DNA of 64,000 bases from Lytechinus pictus. Lineage: Eukaryota. Below the pieces are notes generated by a model. It saw only the letters and a program-made list of their open reading frames with translations. It did no database searches and had not been told where the DNA came from. This document shows positions 12,932 to 25,232 of the stretch, piece by piece. The stretch spans positions 6,946,001 to 7,010,000 of the forward strand of contig NC_087245.1 of NCBI RefSeq assembly GCF_037042905.1, read 5' to 3'. How positions within the stretch are numbered: the first letter of the stretch is position 1; each line of letters begins with the position of its first letter. The translations under genes were made by a program, and so were the position numbers.

Positions 12932-15290
12932 CTTGGACAGAGTGCTCCAGGAGAGAAGCCACAGGTAGCACAGGCTCAACGCCAAACGATTCACATACTG
13001 CGGAATGCATGATGCTGGTAGTGGTGGCGATAACTAGTACATGTACATCAATACAGTCAATATTTTAATAGTCCAATGACGTAGCAAATGATAATAGATT
13101 CTATTGAGCCTTGGTCATGAGATGTGACGGGCTAGAACAACACCTGTGAGCAATCATGCAAATAATCAGTCGATATTTTAGCAACATGTACCCGCAAATG
13201 CACAGTACACAACACTCACACCCTCGTACATGATAGTTATGTATCAGTTCAAGAAGGATTTGAAAATAGCTGTCATGCTTTAAGGCCCATTATCAAAATG
13301 GTTCAAGGACACTGGTAGACTGTTGCTTCTTTCAGTGGTGTTGTCCCCATGAAGGCAGTACAGAAACGACAGATTCGAGTCATGTGACCAACATCCTGCT
13401 TTTGCTCGACTTGGTCTCAACAAAAGCATATATTTGAACAAATGCTCTGCCCTGAGATACAGACGAACCACAACCCACAATCAAATTCAAGGTAACATTA
13501 ATAGACTGCAGGCTGGAGATATTAGAAATAATACAAAGCCAATGAGGTCCACCATCGCAAGGATAATCAGTTGATGAAAATGAATTAGTTTCTAATCTGT
13601 GTCTGGTTTATTCTACACATTGATGTAAATTATCATAAATACTGGGACTTAAAAATTCTATTAGACTGGATCACTGGCTGTAAATGTAAACAAAGTGAAA
13701 CGTGGCAAATCCCTAAGAAGCCCTAGAACATTATTTATAGAGTGCAAAGTATATATTTACACAGTCTCCTCTGATATAAATGACTATGTACATGAATTTG
13801 TTTCAACAAGAGTATTTCAGTCTGTGGCAGGCTTTCATTGTGTTGTGCATATGGCCTAGATCGCTAGATGTTTACCTTTTTCATCAAATCCAATCAAATA
13901 CAGGGCTCATAAAAACTCTCATTAAAACAGGATAGAGCTCTATAGAAAAGTTGAGATACATGTACAATTACAAACATGCCATTCCACTTCCCTCTGTATC
14001 ATTTCTATGCTACATGTACATGTACTTTTATAATCCATGACTCTATACAAATATATTTCAATAAAGAAATATTTCGTTTCATGAAAATTCCCCCAAACAA
14101 CATCTTCTTCCCTTTTGCAATGAAAGAAACATATATATCGCCAGACGTCACACATGTATGTATTATATATTTGCATTGTTATTGCTCCTTAATCACCAAA
14201 ACAATACAACTGATCTTGAAGCAATGTTTGTGGTAAATCCCATCATTTTTTAAATAATTCTCTATTAATTTCCAGAATACCGGTAGTCAAAGCATATAGG
14301 CATTCACATACCAATATACACAAAATCACATGCAGATCTACATGGTATGATCAATGACCAAAGATCAAGTAATATTGGAATCCTAAAAATAAACATGCCT
14401 CATACCACAAATTGTAGATGGCAGCATTTCAAATAGCCAGGGGGCTGGTAGAGTGCATCTCAAATGAAAATGTCAAAAGGTTTCAAGGGATGATGTCATC
14501 ATTAATCTTAGCTCATAATATTGCCAATAATCTACTGGATACTGACTCTGTCTGAATGTGAATAACAGGTGAAAAGATGAACATGAAGTATCCTGAATAC
14601 ATGAAATACTGGAGTTAACAGTTTGAGTAATTGCATACTGTACATGTACCTGAATCAATATATTTGTTGCTGAAATCAAAGTTATAAAAAAAATTAATTT
14701 GAAATTTAAAAATAGGTAAGCAGGGGTGTTGAACATGTACAAAATCAAGGCATAAAGTTTGACATTTCTTTAAGCTTTGTATTTTTTTTAATGGTAATGC
14801 ATTCTGTGGTAGAGATGTGCTGATGATGCATACTGTTATTTATTTCTTTTGTAGACCTGTACAATTACACATTTTATCAAATGCAATTTAATATAATCAA
14901 ATTAATATTCATGACTTTACTTACAAAAAATCTCTTGTTGAATTGTAATAATTTGAGTCAAACTACATGTGTACATAGTATGCTTTAATACAATAATTAC
15001 AAGTACGGTATTAGAAAGTTGTTTTCAAAATATTTTGGGGGAAACATATCATGCAAATAAACAAAAGGAACTGGCTCAATGCCTCAAACATTTGCATAAT
15101 AAGTCCTGCTTCACAGACCTTTGATTCAAAACTTAAAAAAATTCATATTGTTTTTATTATTTGTATTATTCATTTGTTTTCAATGAAATCTACATGCACA
15201 TGTATAACACAGCTTTCCTTTTCTCTCTCTCTACTCACTTGATGCTAATTTTTTAAAGGGGAAGTTCACTCTGAGGATAAGTTTATTGTT

Positions 15291-16590
15291 ACAAGTGGAA
15301 TGCCTCTGGCCATCTCGCCTGCATTACGTGATTCAATATATAGCATCAGTGCTGACATCGAAAACAGCTATTGAATAATTATTCACAAAAGAAAATATTC
15401 ATTTGATAATAAAATACTATGTCCATTGACCCAACATCTTCTTCTTCTCATCGTCTCTCCTTGTGGTTATTCTTCATAAATTACTCATTTCATGCATCAT
15501 GTTATTGTTTATTTCACATTTTTCTTCCCCTCTTTTGGCCACTATAATTATTTTAATAATGTAATTTAATATTAATGAATAATTTGTTTTGAGGGGTCCA
15601 CGATTTACAAGCATAGCTTCACAGTGGACCTCTCCATTTCCAGCATGTTATTTTCAGCCACAAATATTTAATGATCCATATTAAGTTTCAAATGTATAAT
15701 TTAGATAAATATATATATTGTGTTACATGTTTCTTTATATATTTCAATTGTTATAAATGTATTTATGATGGATTTTGTATACTGTTATGTTGGAAATGAG
15801 AAAAAATAAAACTGAATCTGAAAACATGACCTTTTACCATAAGCATGTGACCTAAGACATGTCCAAAACATACTTGATAACCCTTACGTCTACATGTATA
15901 TCATGAACTACAGTACATATGTACCGTAGATCCATAAACTTTCAAAATTATGATGCCCATTCAACAAAACCCCCAAATTGGCCAAAGTTCATTGACCCTA
16001 CATGTCAATGACCTTTGATCTTGGTCATGTGACCTGAAACTCACACATGATCAGGGATACATGGTTACTCTTACAGTATGTCCAAGTTTCATGACCTAGA
16101 TCCATAAACTTTTAAAGTTATGATGACATTTCCACAAATACCCCCAACATTATCGAAGTTTGTTGACCCTAAGTGACCTTTGACCTTGGTCATGTGACCT
16201 GAAACTCTGGCAGGATCTTCAGTGATACCCTATTACCCTTTATGTCTAAGACTCATGAACTACATGTACATGTAGGTCCAATGGTCCATAGTTATGATGA
16301 CATTTCAAAAAATTTACCTTGGTTAAGATTTCAATATTGATTCCCCCAACATGGTCTAAGTTCATTAACCCTAAATCACCTTTGACCTTGGTCATGTGAC
16401 CTGAAACTTGGGTAGGATGTTAAGTACTACTCGATTACCCTTATGTCCAGTTTTAATGAACAAGGTCCATATACTTTCTAAGTTATGATAACATTTCAAA
16501 AACTTAATCTTGGTTAAGATTTCAATGTTGACACCGCCGTCGGAAAAGCGGCGCCTATAGTCTCACTCTGCTATGCAGGTGAGACAAAAA
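15291..16590. mobile_element. Helentron/HINE-like element with degenerate tgacctttgaccttggtcatgtgacc tandem units
   Basis: Left acaag...tctcgcctgcat; right hairpin gtctcactctgctatgcaggtgagac followed by an A-run; internal units of about 165-200 bp; same architecture as 37389-38389. Confidence 0.6.
15437..15821 (+). mobile_element. Probable LINE 3'-UTR fragment nested in the Helentron-like element
   Basis: Stem-loop gaggggtccac...gtggacctctc, AATAAA then a ctgaa repeat tail; aacat repeated at both junctions. Confidence 0.45.
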
Positions 16591-16770
16591 TAGCAGAAAA
16601 ACATGATAAAAACATAGTGAAGAAGGTTCAAAGAAAATCAATCAAAGATTAAAGAAGTTAGAATTTTAAATTCTTGATTTGTGACTTCATAGCAGCTTCC
16701 CTATGTATCATGCAATAAAAAAAAATCAATGAAATATCATTTTCTTAAATAATGAAAATGGTTTGTTATT

Positions 16771-17004
16771 TAGGGACAGTGATTTTCCATTTTAACAGTC
16801 AATAAAATGGAAATTCCGTTTGGTTCTTATACTTTTCATGTAAAAATTCATGGAATTCACCTTTGAAAAATGGAATTCAGGTTTTTGCTGTGAACATTTT
16901 CAGTGACAAAATGGAATTTCCATTTTTAGATCAAGTTGAAACGGAATTACAGATTTTCAGAAATGGAAAAGACCATTTTTTATAATGGAAAATCACTGTC
17001 TCTA
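16771..17004. mobile_element. Small MITE with TAGGG terminus (hAT-like)
   Basis: TIR tagggacagtgattttccatt / aatggaaaatcactgtctcta; internal tggaa(a)ttc motifs. Confidence 0.65.
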
Positions 17005-17833
17005 GTCATTGTACTTTCAGTATATCAACAGATGTTCAAAATCATTTCACACTTGCTCCTGAATGAAAAATGAGTCATTATGAACCATATTGAAATTCAT
17101 GCATTTTATATTACATAACCTATGGGGCAGCATCTCGCATGTTAAAATTCAAATAACTTTCTTAATCTTTGATGGATTTTCCTCAAACCTCCACCAATAA
17201 TTTTTATTATTTCTTTTGGTATTTTTACACCAAACTTTTCTTCAGGGTGAACTTCTCCTTTTAAAGACCAAATCCGAAGTGAAAATCACAATTGACAATT
17301 CTTTGACAGGTAAAAAAAAGAGTATATTTTCTTCATTATATTCATTTTTTCTTACTATTGAATAACATTAATTGAAAATATTCAAGGAAGCATTTCCTGC
17401 ATGAAAAGATTTAATTAAACCTACCGTACATGTACAGCTATTGACAAAAATTTTGGCCATATTTAATTTAGCATATTTGCCGCTTACATACCGGTACATT
17501 ATGCAGCTTTCCATGTTATGCATCCAGAATTTCAGATTGTACATTTCACCTTTAATAAGTGTAACAATTAAAAGCCAAATAACAGAAAAACTGAGAAATC
17601 ACAAAATAAGTAATTAGGTGTACATGTATGTTTAAAGGTCAAGTCAACCCCAGGAAAACAAAGCATAATGCTGAAAATGTCATAAAAATCGGATGTACAT
17701 GTAAAATAAGAAAGTTATGACTTTTTAAAGTTTCAATTATTTTCCACAAAACAGTGCTATGCACAACACACTGACATGCAAATGAAACAGTCAATGATGT
17801 CCCTCACTCAATATTTCTTTCGTTTTTTATTGT

Positions 17834-19306
17834 TTGAAAAAGAAAATAATCAGTGGATATTTAGCAATGCTTTTTACTGCCATGTTATGGCATGGAGTGT
17901 CGCCAGATGGTATGCTCAAAAGTACAATGGTACCAATACCTAAAGGTCGTTGGAAAAATTTGGGCGATTCAGGAAACTTTCGTGCAATAACACTTGGTAG
18001 TATCATTGGTAAAGTTTTGGATTATGTATTTATGAAAAGGGAAGAAGGGAACTTGCAGACTAATGACCTACAGTTTGGATTCAAAGCAGGGTTATCAACT
18101 ACACTATGTACTGCTATGGTTAAAGAAACTGTATCGTACTTTAATCATGAAGGGAGTAATGTGTATGGATTATTGCTAGATGCTAGTAAAGCATTTGATA
18201 GAGTTAATTATGTGAAATTGTTTGACATTATGCTGAGCAAAGGGGTCTGCCCAATGATATGCAGGCTATTGCTTAATATGTATAAGAATCAAAGGCTAAG
18301 GTTGAAATGGAACAATGCATATTCTGATTATTTTACAGTTAAAAATGGTGTTAAACAGGGTGGAGTTATCTCTCCTTGCATGTTCTGTTTGTATCTAGAT
18401 GGGCTGATAGAAGAGTTATGTGACAATGGGATAGGGTGCTTTATGGGCAATGTCTTTGCAGGAGCATTTGGTTATGCAGATGACTTGACACTGCTGTCAC
18501 CTAGCGTGACTGCTCTTCAAGAAATGATTAAAACTTGTTTAGATTATGCCATTAAATTTGATATTCTGTTTAACCCTGAAAAGAGTCAGTTAATAGTTTT
18601 CAGCTGTAATGGTAAACCAGTTATGGATCCAGGAATCACGATAAATGGAAGACATATTGATATTGCATCAAAAGTAACTCATCTAGGGAATGATATTTCT
18701 AAGAATATAAATGATTTTGATATCTCAAAGTGTGTTGGAGATTTCAATCGACAATGTAATATGTTTTTGTTTAATTTCAAATATGCTAACTCTCACATAA
18801 GAAATATATTGTTTCATAAATATTGTTCGAGTTTCTATGGCTCACAGTTATATCCTCTGTTTGATAAATGTTTTGATAATATTTGTAGACAATGGCGGGT
18901 TGCAATAAGAAGGGTTTGGAAAATTCCATGGCAGACACACTGTCATCTTTTGCCTTATTTAGCAGGTGTTATGGATCCAGAGTTATGGTTTGCAAAAAGA
19001 TGTTTATCTTTTGTTGTGAAAGCTATGAATTCCAAAAATTATACAGTGGCACATATAGCTGGAATGGCCAGGTATGGAGCTCATTCTGTGTTGGGAGGTA
19101 ACATAAGATTCTTGAATGATAAGTACTTCATGGATAACAATGAAATTCAAAAGCAGTGGGCTGTGCAATGCCAAGTGAATGATGAGACAATACGCATAGT
19201 TGAACAAGTAAAGGAATTGATCAACTCGAGGGATGATTATTTATGTAAGGGTTTCCTTAACCGAGAGGAGTGCGAGGAAATTATCTCGTATTTATGCACA
19301 CTCTGA
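17834..19306 (+). CDS. Non-LTR retrotransposon reverse transcriptase, N-terminally truncated ORF
   Basis: RT motifs FRAITL, QFGFK, LDASKAFDRV, GVKQGGVISP, YADDL, HLG in a 490-codon frame; no endonuclease domain present. Confidence 0.9.
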   Translation: MKKKIISGYLAMLFTAMLWHGVSPDGMLKSTMVPIPKGRWKNLGDSGNFRAITLGSIIGKVLDYVFMKREEGNLQTNDLQFGFKAGLSTTLCTAMVKETVSYFNHEGSNVYGLLLDASKAFDRVNYVKLFDIMLSKGVCPMICRLLLNMYKNQRLRLKWNNAYSDYFTVKNGVKQGGVISPCMFCLYLDGLIEELCDNGIGCFMGNVFAGAFGYADDLTLLSPSVTALQEMIKTCLDYAIKFDILFNPEKSQLIVFSCNGKPVMDPGITINGRHIDIASKVTHLGNDISKNINDFDISKCVGDFNRQCNMFLFNFKYANSHIRNILFHKYCSSFYGSQLYPLFDKCFDNICRQWRVAIRRVWKIPWQTHCHLLPYLAGVMDPELWFAKRCLSFVVKAMNSKNYTVAHIAGMARYGAHSVLGGNIRFLNDKYFMDNNEIQKQWAVQCQVNDETIRIVEQVKELINSRDDYLCKGFLNREECEEIISYLCTL

Positions 19307-19490
19307 TCTTACCCTGATATACATGTATTTTGTTGTTGATGTTTTTTTTTTTTTTTTTTTTGTCTTTACATATATTATGAATGTGCCTATTTGTAGAATA
19401 TATTGTATATATATTTTTTGTTATTTTTTTTTTTATATGTGCTTTTTAAAGCGAATAAAGAACTCTTGAATTGAATTGAATTGAATTGAA
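17839..19490 (+). mobile_element. 5'-truncated non-LTR retrotransposon (LINE) with (TTGAA)5 tail
   Basis: Uninterrupted RT ORF, 3' UTR with AATAAA, (TTGAA)5 at 19466-19490 and TTGAA at the 5' junction; interrupts a MITE that resumes after the tail. Confidence 0.92.
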
Positions 19491-22149
19491 TTATACAATT
19501 TTTTTTTTTACAGATTTGACAATAAGGACTGAACCACATAGTATAAACAATGCTAATTCCACATGAGTGAGAATACATTTTATTTGGCCGCAACTGCGAT
19601 GTCTGGTACCTATGAACTCAATGCAGATATATATACAATATGTGTGAAAAGCTGCGCAAAATAAAAGCAGCATATAAAACTTGGTCCCAAAATAAGTTCT
19701 AGAGCTTGGGTTTCATCGATATAGGCAGAAAATACTCTATACATTGTATGTTGTTTTTCTGTGCATATATTGTCCTTAAAATGTCAATACTTTGGGAAAA
19801 CAATAAAGTTTGCCTACATAATCTCAACTCTTACCAGATGATGACATCATACAATTCAAGTCTTTGAGAAGCGAAATGAAGCCATTATCGAGAATCACAT
19901 TTTGAAGTGTTTATAAAGCAAAACACCAAGCTCGGATGGTTAGCAATTTTGGTATTCTGACAACTTTCCAATAAAACATATTTGATCTGGCTGCCATTAT
20001 GATCTTTAAAGGCAAATTCTGACCAAGAACATCAGGGGAAAAAATTATAAGAGGACGGGGGGGGGGGGATTTAGCCACCAAAAAGCTCACCTGAAAAAAA
20101 AAGAGAGCTTATGGAAGTCCCCATTCATTGAAATATTAAAGCTTGATCCAATGATGCACATTTACAGGTATGCAGTAAGTTGTGAAAATTACCCCCCCCC
20201 CCATATGTGTCAAAATGTTATACTGGGACACTAAAACGTGACATAGACACAAACATATTAATTGCTGTAAAAAGCACTGTAAACACATTTTTTTTACAAG
20301 TTTAACCACTGTTCAACTGGATCATAAGTTACAACATACATGTAGGAAAGAGTGGGGTAATTGAGGCCATGCGTGAACATGTAGTTACTGTGACAGTTGA
20401 AAACTCAATCCATGAATCCAACAATCATGTTTTTTTTCTCATAATATTGGATAGGCTTGATAAACAAAGATCCTGGGGGCCTTCATAAAAATAATTCAAT
20501 ACAACTATTGTGACTGTTACTAGTAAATGTTCAGTGATTGTTTCAAACCAACTGAACTATTTTCACTATGAATAAAACAACACAAAGTGGAAATCAAGGG
20601 GCCTCATTTGCCCCATTTCAATGAGACAAATAAGGCCTCCTGAAAACAATGTTTTATGCTTATTAATATGCAAATGAGATTGATTAGTTCTCATATCTCT
20701 ATTTGACTGTAGACCTACATGTAGTGTATCTAATCATGTTTCTCCTGCTAATAAAATGCATTAAAAAGATGAGATTAGAATTACATGTATGAAATAGGTG
20801 GGCTTGTATGTAGTTCAATGATTCAAATCAATCTTATAAGCCATCTGAAGTTTTCCGGTTTCTGTGCTCGCATACATGTACAGTATGTAATACAAGTCGC
20901 ATGGCCACTTACGGTAGCTGTGGATGAAATACAGATAAAAATCTGTAAGCATCCACAAGTATCCGTATTATCTGTATCCATTCTTTAACCTCAATCTGCA
21001 GGATCCACAGACATATGCAGATCTGCGGCGGGAATTTTGAAAATCTCAAACTTTTGCTGCGGATGAAATATACGTCATAAAGCATCCGCACAATATATGT
21101 ACATGTATGTTATCCATACGTAATATACATAACTCATTTGTAAGGTACATGCACATAAACTCATCCGCACAATACGTACATAGATACGTAACTGATCCAC
21201 ACACTTAATTATCATTAATGTTAAGGTTTCAATATATTAAAATGGGCTTTTTCTTATAACGTTTTAAAATCAATGGCTTTTTGATACTTTCTGGGAGAAG
21301 GGGGTTGAAGTCTTATCATTTTAATAAACCATCTAAAAGTCTAAAACCAACCCTTTTGGCTTTTTTAAACAATATTGAAATGAAACATTTTTCTTTTTTA
21401 CCATGATTCACAATTTCCAATCAGATAATTTAAGACTGGTACAGAAACATTATTTTTCCATTACCATGACATGGTATCACACATAAACCAGGCACTTTCT
21501 TATAAAAAAAAATTCATATTGCAGATACTACCGAAGCAGATATTCATTGTAACATTGTTATCATTCTGTCATTTCTGCTATACACTGTACCTGTCGATAG
21601 AAAAAAAATTGCAAAAAAAATCTCCTAAAAAGATGTTCATTTCCAAGAGGACACTAGCATGAACAAGGTAACAATAGGATGTAAATTATAAAATATGTGC
21701 TGAGAAAATCTTGAAAGCTCCTATATTTCACAAAACAAATGGAAAAAACATTGTTTCAAAAACCAATTATGTATTAACCTGGAACAAATTTTCCATGTAG
21801 ATGATTCCTTTAGTTTCAAATGTATTTTTATCAAGAAAATTTAGATATAAATTTGCTCTCATAAGTGAAATAATGTTATCTTTTAATGATTTTTTATTAG
21901 GCATACCGGATGGAAATTATTCTTTTTTAATTTTGATATTTCATATGCTAATTAAAAAATATATATTTTCAACTACATGTACATGTAGGTGTTTGAATAG
22001 TTTTCTTTTAAAAAAGAAATTAAAATATCAGCATGAGATGGAACGCATTATGAACAAGCAACAGAATAAGTTTAAATATTGTTCATCTTGATGATCAAGG
22101 CACATCAAGCATATATTTTTGTTTCCGAGATATGTATATTAGTATTACA

Positions 22150-22295
22150 ATCCTTCAGCAAGAAATTTACCCAAATTGTGCTGCACTCAACCCAGGTGAG
22201 GTGAATGGTTACCTGGCAGGAAGAAATTCCTTATTAAATGCCAGAGTGCCTGTAGGCAGCACGGCTATAGCCGGGTTTATAATAATAAAAGGCCC
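22150..22295 (+). mobile_element. SINE body and 3' fragment
   Basis: tgtgctgcactcaacccaggtg..aatggttacctggc core resembling the reverse complement of part of 39500-39835; (taa)n end. Confidence 0.45.
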
Positions 22296-24229
22296 TTTAA
22301 TTATGACAATATATTAGGTTTACATGTAGGCCCTTTTGGCATGAGGTAGGCCCGTTACGTGTACACGGCTACACGCATGGTCAAGTCAGTCCACGTGTAC
22401 TGAATTCCATGACCGTGTACACGGTAGCATCTGCATAAGACTTGTGTGGGAGTTGTAAACAAGTGAACAAGCTCACAGCTTCACATTAATTCTAAGTTCT
22501 CATACGCTACAAGTTTTAATCACTAAAATACCACCCTTGAAGTTCTGTATATTTGTGCAAGAAGCCAAAGCGCTCACTCATAAGTAACCACTAAGTACAT
22601 AATTCCCTAGTGAAACAGTAAAAAAGATCAGCTTAAATTTCCATGACACAGTTTAGTCACACGCACACTCACTCGCATTCATGTTACAGCTCACATCAAC
22701 GTTCGTCGAAGGTTCAAAGTTTGTTGACCTCAAGACGTCTCGTAACTTTTTTGTTATTGTTTTGACCTCTCTCTTATCTTAATTATAAGTATCACCTAAC
22801 CCTTTAAACCCTCCTCCCCCTGGCATCTTTTTCTCCACCGTCTCTCATTCTTTCTTTCTTGTCTCCACAGTCCAGTAATTCCCCTCGCTCTCCCTTCCCT
22901 TCTCCTCTACGCCGATCAGGTTTTTTTTTCCCCCCCTCCCTTTCTCTGTCTCTCTCCCCGTCTCTGTGTCTCTATAGTCTGTCTGTACCCTCTCTCTCCC
23001 CCATGAATCAAGGTACTAATGGATAATTTATTTTTTTCATCCGATCATGAAGAAGCCAAAACGGAAATCAGCCTCGTGGTTTGGTTCTTGAAAACACAAA
23101 AACGAAATCACAACGAGGTAAAGGTGTTGTGATTTTGTTTTTGTAGATCAAAAACAGAAAATTGAAATCAGAAATACTTTTGGGCTTTTTCTGATTTCTC
23201 ATTCTAGATTTGTGTTTTTATATATCAAGAACAAAATCAGAACACGCTTTCCTCTCCGTGATTCTGTTTTCGGACAATCGCACAGCAAACATCAAAATTG
23301 CCATCGGTTCTCTGATTTCTGATTGGCTTTTCGTTCAATATTAAAGAGCGTCAACAAAATGTTTAAAGCGCCATATTTCATAATTATCTTGATAGAATTC
23401 AAAGCCACCGTTCTAGCATATATACTGCCAAGCTATGGGTGTCGATCTGTATTCATGGTTGGGGGCTGTTTTGTTCTCTTGTGAGGGATCTTTTTTAATT
23501 TTTTAAAAAATTTTGATAGCTTTTATTTTATTATTATTTTCTTTTTACTATAGTCGCTATATATATCGCGATTTGTGCCGCTGCTTTGCGCTTGTAGATG
23601 CAGAGCTGCCAACATAGGGATGATAGAATCCAGAAGATTTCGCGGAGGTATGATTTTGTCAGGGAGCGCGCGGCGAAATGTCCCACGGACGGGAGTTTTG
23701 GGTAGCAAAACTCATTAAGAAACAACATTTGATAGTATCCGACAGCTGTCTAAACCATCAAAACTTTTGGCACATAGATTAAATGCACATTAGAGAGATT
23801 TCATGAAATGATGAATTGTCCGTCGTTGACTAAAAAAATAAGTTCAAGCCTGATTTCAGGCAATACAGTAGAACATAAAATGATTAACAAAAGAATGCAT
23901 TCAACAAGAAAATACCTTTATTGTTCAGAGGGGGAAAGGGCTGCAGTAGTGGAAGATGAGCTTGCCTGGCCCTGTAAAGACTTATATGTGGCCTGTTTAA
24001 AGTCTGAGGGCCGAGGGATTCCTGTGAAAATTGCCTTTTTGTAGCAAGCACGCACAGCCAGCCAGCGCCAGGCTAGCTCACTCACGAAAGAGAAAATGTT
24101 CGAATCCGATCAACCCAAGTAAAAGTAGGCAAAAAAAATCTCCACTTTGCTTCTGTTCTTCAGGATTGTCAATAAAATTATTCCTAAAAGTCAGGGTGTA
24201 ATTATAATAGTAACCCATCGTTGATCCAC

Positions 24230-24420
24230 AGTTTCAGCTCGAATAAAGCGCACACAAGCTTCCGAAAAATACATCGGACTTCCCTTCTCGCATAGCCTCC
24301 TGCCGCGGCGCAGTCTGCCGGAGACCAGGCAGTGCTGCGCCGGGGCGCGTCGGGGGGCATAGGCATGGAGTGCCGCGTAAGTGTTTCCATCACGCACATG
24401 CACATTGCAGAACCAGAAAA
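24230..24420 (-). promoter_or_regulatory. CpG-rich island, candidate promoter or 5' end of the TPD52-family gene
   Basis: Sharp rise in GC and CpG upstream of the minus-strand exons; a candidate donor AAAG|gtattt lies at 23915. Confidence 0.35.
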
Positions 24421-25121
24421 AAAAAATTGCTTGTTAGACTAATTCACCAGTCGTTCGGTAAAATTATCTTCATTTACATTGGAAATCAATGTACGATTAA
24501 ACAAAAACTGGTAAAAGTAACTGGGTAAAATGTAAATGTGATAAGGAGTTTCCACGTGGGTGTAAAGGGAGTTGAACATGCTAGACTCGTAAAACAGTCG
24601 TTTGTATGAATTTTACAATTTAACAGCTAAAAATCACAATTATCCGGGAGATTTTGGCATGGGGTCGGGAGAACGGGAGATTGGATCGAAATCCAGTATT
24701 CTCCCGCAGGATCCGGGAGACTTGGAAGCTCTGGTAGATGTGCGTGCGTTTGGAACTTGTCGCTCGCATTGATTGGCCAGGATATCAAAAATTTAATCGG
24801 AAAGCCTTGATAAAAGCACAACTCGTTGAACGTAGAGGGCAGCAACACACAGCTGCCATTTTTTCCTTTCCGGCAGAAAATTAAAAAATAAGGATTAAAT
24901 CATCGGTAACATATATTTTCGATATTTTCTTAGAACTTGTATTTTTAAAAAGAAAGTCTAACGAAAATAGTGGGCCTTCGTTCAAGATAATATGTCATTT
25001 AGAAACCCGGTCGCCCGAATTGGTGACCTGATTACACATGCAGGCTCGCACTAACATATGCACACTACCGTCGGTGAATGGGGATTATAGTAAACTGTCA
25101 GAAATTGTTAAATAAATCCCT

Positions 25122-25232
25122 GATGTTTACGCCGCCATCTTGTTTCTTATTGTACTTCCCCAACGTTACGCGACGCACGCGTCTGTAACGTTGGGGAAGT
25201 ACAATAGGAAACAAGATGGCGGCGTAAACATC
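25122..25232. repeat. Near-perfect hairpin with 48-bp arms, containing two YY1-type motifs
   Basis: Arms 25122-25169 and 25185-25232, one mismatch; gccgccatcttg / caagatggcggc. Confidence 0.9.

Larger units (their letters stand above)
15257..17260. mobile_element. Kolobok-like non-autonomous element carrying nested insertions
   Basis: TTAA|aggggaagttcac ... gtgaacttctcctt|TTAA; related element at 37031-38496. Confidence 0.6.

Noticed and set aside
17834..19306. RT as a domesticated gene or a retron/DGR-type system
   Set aside because: Typical non-LTR motifs, 5' truncation without a true ATG start, a 3' tandem tail and insertion within a MITE all indicate an ordinary LINE copy.
23916..24050. 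Coding first exon of the TPD52-family gene
   Set aside because: A plausible donor exists at 23915, but I found no in-frame ATG, and the most protein-like frame ends in TAA just before the donor; at most a 5'-UTR exon.
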